Assembly (NCBI GenBank): GCA_000004985.1 | Contig: GG738856.1 | From: Naegleria gruberi | Lineage: Eukaryota | DNA length: 64,000 bases | Direction: 5' to 3' (one strand) | Part shown: piece by piece, positions 56,030 to 64,000 of the stretch | Layout: every line of letters starts with the position of its first letter | How positions within the stretch are numbered: position 1 is the stretch's first letter | Notes under the pieces: model-generated | What the model was told of the DNA's origin: nothing | Databases searched by the model: none | Seen by the model: only the letters and a program-made list of their open reading frames with translations | Position numbers and translations under genes: made by a program

Positions 56030-56197
56030 CCTTTTTTCAATATTATTATTATTATTGCTGTTCAAACTTTTTAGCCTTTGACAGGAGGAAATACAAAATT
56101 ACAGAGAGTAATGTGAGAGAGTTCAAAGGCTTTTTTTTGTATTGTACTTTTTCAAAGCCTTATTGAACGTTGATGGCTAGATGATTAAAGAACACAA

Positions 56198-56680
56198 ATG
56201 AAAGGCTTGAAAGGTGGAAAATCAAAAAAAATGTCATCACCAAACAGCAGTCAACCATCAATAACAAATAACACTTCTCAATCATCGGCATCCTCGGAGC
56301 AAACAAGCCTTTCTTCAATGTTCATATTTGATAGTATTAGGAGGAATGATTTTGAACAAGTAAAACTCTTCATTCAACAAAATCCATCACTACTACTTGT
56401 TTGTGATGAGAATAATAATCTACCTGTTCATATTGCTTGTAAATGTAGTCATGAGAAGATAGCCTTGTTTCTTCTAGATAGAATATCAACACAATCTTCA
56501 ACACAACAATTAATTGAAATTATACAGAAGGAGAATAATGAGAAACAATCACCAATTACATTGGCCAATCCAAAATTAAGAGGAATGATCAAGGCTTCAA
56601 TTGAAATTTCCAAAATGAAGAAATTACTGATGGAAAAGTATGAAAACAAAAAGCAACTTGTACCAACAACAATAAACTGA
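56198..56680 (+). CDS. Small ankyrin-repeat protein (160 aa).
   Basis: LPVHIACKCSHEKIALFLLDRI and SPITLANPKLRGMIKASIE are ankyrin-type repeats. The N-terminus is Ser-rich. Confidence 0.45.
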   Translation: MKGLKGGKSKKMSSPNSSQPSITNNTSQSSASSEQTSLSSMFIFDSIRRNDFEQVKLFIQQNPSLLLVCDENNNLPVHIACKCSHEKIALFLLDRISTQSSTQQLIEIIQKENNEKQSPITLANPKLRGMIKASIEISKMKKLLMEKYENKKQLVPTTIN

Positions 56681-56747
56681 TAATAATGCTGAGTAATGTA
56701 AAGATATAATATATCACTATAATGAATCTAATATAAATTGATTGAAT

Positions 56748-59700
56748 TTATTGTAAATTAAATGTAGTTGAAAGAGCTAATGTTTGTAAAAGATCAATTT
56801 GATTGGTAAGGTAAATATTTTGTGTAACACTTGCAATGTTAAATAAACATTGTTCCTTTTGATTGGATCTATCTTCTTGTATCATACCAATATAATCTGT
56901 ATCAGCTTCATAAACCGTCAATAAGGATTTAACCTTAACCATCATGTTAGTAATCTTTACAGTTGTATCTGAAACAGCTACACGATGTTCAAGTGTGTAA
57001 AGAGTTAAATGTTTAACTAGATCTAATAATTCTGTAATTTGAATATCCAATCTACATAATGCATCATAGGTTGATTTAATATTGGATGACTCGGTGAAAA
57101 TTGTTGAATTTCCTTCAACATGTGCTTCAAGATCTTCAAATTGTTTTCTCACACAAATATATCTATATAAAATATCACCTCCCTTACTCCAATTTGGAAT
57201 CAAATCTTGATGATTATAAAGCTTTTGAACATATTTAGAAAGTTCTTCATACTTGTTACAAAGTAAAAGATCAGATAGAATATATTCTAGGAAAACATTG
57301 TGAGCTTCAATATAATTATGATAAAGACACAAATTTTCAAATAATAAATGATAGGAACATGTATATCTAGCATAAAGAGCTGCAGCTTCATATATCCAAT
57401 TAGGAGAAATTTGTAATTGAGAGATGAATTTCATTCCTGATTCATTAGACATGAGAATAGGATAATTTCTAAAGAGAATTTCTCTGAGTGCTCTATTTCT
57501 AACATCAATGAGTCTTTCTCTCTTGAATTTAGAAACAAGACTATTTGATTTGTCTTGGTAATTCAATTCTCTATTAATATCATCTGAAATATTTGGCATT
57601 AAATCACAATGACACAATATAAACAAGGCATATTGTGGATACCCAGATTGTTCTAATTGAAGAGCATAATTACAAGTGATAATATGTGACATTGATCCAG
57701 TAGTATCACAACTTGTAACACGTCTCAATACATTATACAAATGCCATGTAAGTTGACAATCTAAAATATCATCAATATAAGTGGATGGTTCTAAAGATGA
57801 ACTTATTGGTATTTCTTTTTTACAATACATTCCTAAAATATGATACCTCAAATCATAATGTGTCTCTGATGAATGTCTAGATGATGATAAAAATGGTTTA
57901 GTGGCTCTAAAAGTTTCAAAATAATTTGTATAACTAGAGAAAACTTCACTAATTGTTGTATCTGGAGAACTCTTATACCACAAATGCAAACCCAAACATT
58001 GAAGCCATGTTAGAGAAGTATCACAAACATTACCTGCTAAGAGTTCATAAATTTTGATCAAATCCTTTTCAATATTAGCTTTTGCTTGTTTCCATAAATT
58101 AATTTGTTTTTGAATATCCTTTTGCATGAAAGGATTTGAGAAGGATTGAGAAATGATTGAAGAAAGTCTCACATCCTTATTATCGAGAGCAACTCTAGCA
58201 GCTTCTGCAATTCTTCCAGAAGATAACAACAAGTAAATTTTTTCCAATGGTTTTGGATTAGCTCTATTGATAATTTCATCAATTGGAATTTGTTCACGAA
58301 TCCAAGCACTCAAATTTCTCTTTCTAGCAATATCAGTTGCATAATTATTACCATCAAGCATATCAACATCACCAAAAAGTAAATTAGCAAGCTTCCATAC
58401 ACTCAACTCAAACTTTTCACGATTAACAATCAATTGTTTAGTAGCATCAGAGAAGTGATAATGATCAACTGAATTAATTATCTTTTCACATTTTTGAACG
58501 TGACCTTCCATTAATGCTGTATATGAATTATTCTTGAGAGAAATATGAACATCAGTAGGATCTCTTTCAACGTGTTCAATTTCCAAGTGAACCTTAGATT
58601 CATATTTGAGTTTAAGATATTCTTCATCTTGATTTTGTGGTACTTGCTTATCTTCTTTTACAAAGAACTCTGACACTGAAATATTGGAAACTTTTGATTT
58701 TGGATTAAATACAATAGTAGGTACAATAAATTGGCCATTAGGTAAAAATCCCACTCTAAATGATCGACTCAATGAAAACAATGAATCTCTCTTGTCAGAC
58801 TCTGCCTCTGCATCTCCAACAATATTTGATGGAGTACTGTCGATATACTTTCTTGGTTTGATTGTTGGTTGTTGGATTGGAGCATCCTTTTTAATAAATG
58901 CTAAAGTTGGTTCTGATTCAGAAATTTCCTTAAATCTTGGTTTCTTAGTTTGTCTAATAGCTTCAAAATCGATATTATTATCATCAGCAGCTTCATCATC
59001 AGTCATTAAATTTGCTTGCATAATGTACATTCTTCTTGGATCTAAATTAAGTTGTCTTGGAAGAAATGTTCTGTGACTTTCAATTTGCATAACATCTTCT
59101 CCTTCTTCCTCATCATTATCCATAACTTCTTCCTCATCAACAATTTCATCTGAATTGGTGCAGAATAGAGTTAATTATGTTAAAAAAGAAAGTTTAATTT
59201 GTTTCATTATTACAAATTAATATCTTACCTTCTGAAGTATCCGAAATTTCATCAAGATTGATTTTTTTCACAACTTGAAATGGTTCTTGTTTTTCCTCCT
59301 CATCTTCAATAATTTCTTCCTCTTCCTCGTCGTCAAAAATACCATACTTGGTAAAGTGTTCAACTTTGAATGTCCATTGTCCGGTTTCATAGTCAATAAA
59401 TCTACTACCAGACTTTTCATTGGCTTTTCTCAACTTTCTTTCAAATTGCTTGTAATCATTGTTCTTTGGATGGACATTGAACAATTTAATGATGGTTGGC
59501 TTATTGAGTTCAGTTCCAACTGGAGGTTTGGTCCTTTCTGTGTATACATTGCTACTATATACCTCCACATGATGAGTTTCAATCTCGTAAATAATTTTAT
59601 CCAAATCCAAATTCTTAGTCAAGTCAGTAACTCCAAGGAACTCAACTTCACCATATCCTTTTCTTCCTACAGTGAATCCATTACAATTTTGCAAGTCGTG

Positions 59701-62142
59701 TTGAGACATTTGCTTCATTTGTTCAAAGGATGGCTTGGTGTAATATCCTTCCTTTGTTAACTTTGGTAAATAGCTTGGTTTAACAGTTGTTTCCTTTGGT
59801 GCTTGTTCAATATCAAGAGAAATACCTTTACCCTTTTGAGGTTTTGGTCTAATAGCATTACTACTAATTGTTTTTTGAGAATCATCTCTTTCTATAGTTG
59901 TACCAGTAGATCTTGGTTGATTCAATTGTTGACTTGATCTCTTATCAAAAACAGCAGAAGAAATTGTCAATTCCTTAACATTTTCCTTAGAAGTAAATGA
60001 ATTACTATCAAGCAAGTCCAATGTTACAGGTTCTGTATCAGAAGCAATTAAAGACATTCTGTCAACCAATGTACTATTAGAGCTCTTTTTGAAAGTTCTT
60101 GGTCTAACTTGAGTTGATGTCTTTTGAATAGACTTTGAAATAACACTAGATTCTTCTTCTTGGGCATAGCTTTGCTCGAGTGCTTCCTTTTGAAGTTGGA
60201 AAAGAGGATTAGTACCAAATGGATCTGCCAAGAGATTATTAAGATCTTGGAGAGCCATTGGAGCAACACCATATCCGGTATTGGTTGGTTGAGCACCAAA
60301 ACCTGTTGTCATGCCAAGTCCAACACCAGTAGGTCCACCAAAATTGAAACCACTTGTTCCTCCAAGAGGTTGAGTAGTAGTGCCACCAAAATTGAAACCA
60401 GATGAACCAGTTGTGTTACCTCCAGTTGTACCAAAATTAAATCCACTACCAGTTGTAGTACCAGGTCCAGTTGCGCCCAATCCACCACCACCAAAGTTAA
60501 AACCAGTAGATGGTGCTGTAGTTGTTGTACCAGTTGTTGCACCAAATCCACTTGTACCAGTACCAAAATTAAATCCACTTGATGTTTGAGCTGGTTGTGT
60601 TGAGCCACCAAAATTGAAACCAGAACCAGTATTAGTTGCACCAGTTGTTGGTTGTGTTGAACCACCAAAATTGAAGCCAGAGCCTGTGGTTCCTGTATTA
60701 GTTGTTCCTCCTATAGGTGCAAGAGTTGTAGAACCACCTCCAAAGTTGAATCCTGAAGAAGGTTGAGAAGCACCAAATCCAGTGGTAGTGTTAGCTGTTC
60801 CTGTATTACTAGATCCAAATGCAAAACCAGTGTTTGCAGTTCCTGTTGTTGGTTGTGATCCAAAGCCTAATCCTCCAGTGGTTCCTGTTGTTGGTTGTGA
60901 TCCAAAACTAAAGCCAGTACTAGTTGTGGCAGGCTTATTACCGAATGCAGATGTTGTAGAACCGAATCCACCTGTAGTTGTATTACCAAATCCAGTGTTA
61001 GTAGTAGTACCAAATCCTGTTTGTGTGGTAGGTTGAGTTCCAAAACCAAAGCCAGTATTAGAAGCACCTCCCATAGTTCCTGTCGTTCCAAAACCAGTAT
61101 TTGTTGTTGTTGTTGTTGTTCCAGTATTTCCAAAAGAGAAACCTGTAGATGGTTGAGTTGTTTGTCCAAATCCTCCAGTTGTGGTACCAGTTGTTGGAGT
61201 AGAAAATGGATTTTGAGTTAATTTTCCTTGAGATGCAAGTGTGAAATACCATCTCCATTCTTCAAATGATTTATCCTTGTAAGGATCCATTTTAGTAATC
61301 GAATAGTATATCATCTTTGAATTTGTAGTAGTATTGTTTTCTTCAGTTGGCTTAAATGATGGGAAAGATTGTGGAGTAATTGGTCCACCAGTATTTCCCA
61401 TACCCATACCTGTGGTGTTAGTTGCTCCGAATCCCATTCCAGTATTTTGTGTTGGTTGAGCTCCAAATAAACCTCCACCAGTAGTGTTTTGTGTTGGTTG
61501 AGATCCAAATGAAAAGCCTGTACCTGTTGTTGGTTGAGTAGAACCAAATGTACCTGTTGTTGTTCCAGTAGTCCCACCAAATGGATTGGATGCACCAAAT
61601 GCACCTGTTGTTCCTGTACTTGGTTGAGAACCAAAACTAAATCCTGTGCCACCTGTTGTTGTGGTTGTTCCTGTTGATCCAAATGTATTTGTGGATGGTG
61701 CTCCAAATCCAGTGTTAGTTGCAGTGGTTCCACCAAAAGGATTACCAGATGCACCAAATGTATTACCTTGTTGTTGTGGTTGTTGTGGTTGTGTTTGTGT
61801 ATTACCAAAGCCAAAACCTGTATTTGTAGCTCCAGTTGTACCAAAAGGCTTATTTTGACCAAAAGCACCAGTTGTATTATTATTCATTCCACCAAAGCCA
61901 CCAGTATTTGTCGATGGTTGAGAACCAAAGCTAAATCCTGTATTTTGGGTTGTTCCTGTTGATCCAAAACCTCCACCACCAGTGTTTGGTTGTGCTCCAA
62001 ATCCACCACCTGTATTTCCACCAGTACCAAAAGAAAAACCAGTACCTCCTGTTGTTCCTGTTGATCCGAATCCACCACCACCAGTGTTTGGTTGTGCTCC
62101 AAATCCACCACCAGTATTAGTACCTCCACCAAAATTAAACAT
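56748..62142 (-). CDS. NUP98: Nup98–Nup96 nucleoporin precursor encoded as one gene. Two exons: 62142..59229 and 59149..56748.
   Basis: Exon 1 carries about 800 aa of FG/GLFG/FGxxxxFG repeats, the Rae1/Gle2-binding GLEBS-like segment (MIYYSITKMDPYKDKSFEEWRWYF), and the C-terminal autoproteolytic domain (GYYTKPSFEQM...FTVGRKGYGEVEFLGVTDL...HFTKYG). A GTAAGA donor (phase 1) and TTCAG acceptor (79-nt intron) lead in frame into the Nup96 body (EIVDEEEVMDNDEEEGED... to the C-terminus). Confidence 0.85.
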
Positions 62143-62707
62143 TTTTAATCGACGTTTCTGTTATTATATAATGATATTATTATTTGTATATATATTCAAT
62201 AAAGTATTGTTTGCGTTATTCCGTTTTACCTTGCCGTGTTGATGACAAATCTACAATGATGACAATCTTACGCGAAAAAGCACAACTTTTTACTTTGAAT
62301 ATTTTTTTAGAAGGCAATTTAAAACAAATAAAATTTATCAAAGGCTTTGTTGATGATTGTTATTTTCTTCTTATTCTTCTAACAATTGTAGTTTAGTACG
62401 AGAATGATGTAAACTCTTAGTAATAATATAAAAGAGAGTTTTTGTTTGGAATTGAATGTTTGGAATGTAGTTATTTTGAGAAACTTGCCAAAACATGTTG
62501 TAGAGATATTCTTGTGGTAGGAAATACTTGAGCAAGGAATTCCAAAAAATGGAATTTATCAGCATCAAGATGAAAATACTAATAATATGAATAGAATCGG
62601 ATCACTATTATCATTAATATTTTAATATTAATATTAATCTAATTTAATTATTCCAATTATTTAATAATATATAATATATAATATAATAATAATATATTTA
62701 AAAAAAA

Positions 62708-64000
62708 ATGAAAAGATGGTGTTGTGTAATGGATTGTAATTGTACAGAATTATTAAAAAGAGGAATGGCTGATCATGATATAATGAATCATCAAAATATA
62801 TCATTTTCATCATCACTTCCAACTTTTTCATCATTCTTTTCTGAATTTCAAAGTAACATGTCTAAATTATCGGGTGATACACATTCAATGCAATCATTAC
62901 TTCCAGATACATCACATACTAGTTTATTATATACAACATTTATTAGATCATTTTCATCATGTACTCATCAAGTAATGGTAATGGAAAGTGAAAATACTTG
63001 TATTACTTTTTTACCAATTCTTGATCCTGAAGATGTTATTACATCTTCTACTTCTTCTACTGTTAATCATCATCATCATGGAACTACAAATAGTTTAAAA
63101 TTTCCAATGTATCATAATCCTCCTTCCATGTCAATGTTATTAATTGTTGCTGATGTTTTAAATAGTGAAGAAAAAAGTGAAGAACAAACAGTTAAAAAGT
63201 CAAATGTCATATTTCAACATTTTTGTAATGAAACATTTTTAAAAATATTAGAATCAATAATTTATTTATTTATTAGTAAGAGTACATTATCATCAATTAC
63301 AACAAAACAATCATCAGATAAAGTTGCAAAGAAAATACCTCAAGTTAAAATAACTTTAAATTCAATGACTGATATAATTACTTATTTATTACAATCATCT
63401 ACACCTTATTCTATTAAAAAATCATTTGATTTTGAAAATGATTTAAAAGAAACACCATCTCTAAATTCATATTTACATCAACCATTTGAACAGTTATGTT
63501 TAAGACCTGGTAGAAAAATATTTAAATTTCCAGAAGTTAAGGATAATGAAATTAGTTTTCAAAAATTAATGAGCTCTCTTCATTCCACTTTTAAAAATGG
63601 AATATTTTGTTCAGCTATTTATGTTAATTCTGGATATTATTATACAGGTTTGGAATGGCATAAGATTCTCAATCAACAACAAATGACTGCAATATCTGTT
63701 TATATGAATGCACTTGCTCATTCACAAAATGATTTTACCACTAGAGATATACCAATCATTGTACGTGAAAATATTGCAACTAGGTTTATCTCAATCAAAT
63801 TGATTGATAATATTCAATATTGTGCAATTGTTTATGGTGATACCAAGGCATCTGATATTTCAAATGTAATTCAATTTAAGGGAGATGAATGGGCAAAAGC
63901 TGTTATACGATTGAGTAATATAATGACAAAATCTATATTATCTTTAATTTATGATATTTCTGAAAAGAATGAGGTTTTGAGTGAAGTTACTCATTTAACA
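62708..64000 (+). CDS. Partial CDS (3' end beyond the window) for an uncharacterised protein with a Cys-rich N-terminus.
   Basis: ATG at 62708. The frame stays open to the window end and the composition is non-repetitive. I did not recognise a family with confidence. Confidence 0.35.
   Translation, partial: MKRWCCVMDCNCTELLKRGMADHDIMNHQNISFSSSLPTFSSFFSEFQSNMSKLSGDTHSMQSLLPDTSHTSLLYTTFIRSFSSCTHQVMVMESENTCITFLPILDPEDVITSSTSSTVNHHHHGTTNSLKFPMYHNPPSMSMLLIVADVLNSEEKSEEQTVKKSNVIFQHFCNETFLKILESIIYLFISKSTLSSITTKQSSDKVAKKIPQVKITLNSMTDIITYLLQSSTPYSIKKSFDFENDLKETPSLNSYLHQPFEQLCLRPGRKIFKFPEVKDNEISFQKLMSSLHSTFKNGIFCSAIYVNSGYYYTGLEWHKILNQQQMTAISVYMNALAHSQNDFTTRDIPIIVRENIATRFISIKLIDNIQYCAIVYGDTKASDISNVIQFKGDEWAKAVIRLSNIMTKSILSLIYDISEKNEVLSEVTHLT

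Noticed and set aside
60309-62132. About ten small ORFs on both strands (60309..60668-, 60380..60589+, 60782..61036+, 61311..61868- and others).
   Set aside because: These are alternative-frame and antisense readings of the Nup98 FG-repeat DNA, which is GGT/ACC-rich. They are nested in the 982-aa nucleoporin ORF.
1-64000. Prokaryotic-style interpretation (operons, defence islands, CRISPR).
   Set aside because: The evidence points to a eukaryotic nuclear locus: spliceosomal introns with GTAAGT donors, nucleoporin, ORC, kinesin and TFIIS genes, and poly-N scaffold gaps. No repeat-spacer arrays are present.

Overview
This window is eukaryotic nuclear DNA, not prokaryotic. It is AT-rich, gene-dense and intron-containing, and two assembly gaps (poly-N) interrupt it. 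Introns are short (43–180 nt) with GTAAGT/GTATGT donors and (T)nAG acceptors. Codon usage and frequent Asn/Gln/Ser homopolymer runs in proteins point to a dictyostelid-like social amoeba. Intergenic DNA is compositionally complex, so the source is probably not D. discoideum itself. I can support about 30 protein-coding genes, many from clear family motifs:
- a kinesin-14 with a C-terminal motor
- UDP-glucuronate decarboxylase (UXS)
- a Tad3/ADAT3-like tRNA deaminase subunit
- ORC2
- VPS16
- acetyl-CoA hydrolase (ACH1-like)
- a 7TM receptor
- a cluster of ankyrin-repeat and F-box genes
- a CHCH-domain protein
- the Rab3GAP catalytic subunit
- a giant inositol 5-phosphatase
- a HIT-family protein
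- a PWWP–TFIIS fusion
- a ubiquitin-E2 variant
- a SYF2-like splicing factor (runs into a gap)
- Ric-8/synembryn
- a single Nup98–Nup96 precursor gene.
One 5'-truncated non-LTR retrotransposon fragment with a 17-bp target-site duplication sits immediately upstream of the Tad3-like start codon. I found no rRNA, tRNA or CRISPR sequences.
The most unusual items:
- a 2,176-aa protein joining an inositol 5-phosphatase catalytic domain to a very long N-terminal extension built from charged-helix (ER/K) and PEVK-like repeats
- a PWWP domain spliced onto a complete TFIIS
- near-consensus E2F sites directly upstream of the kinesin-14 and ORC2 genes
- an E2 variant whose catalytic Cys is replaced by Asp
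- convergent gene pairs whose stop codons lie 1–3 nt apart.
I did not find a coherent novel multi-gene system. The candidates above are the parts I would look at again. All exon boundaries were derived by eye and may be off by a few nucleotides.
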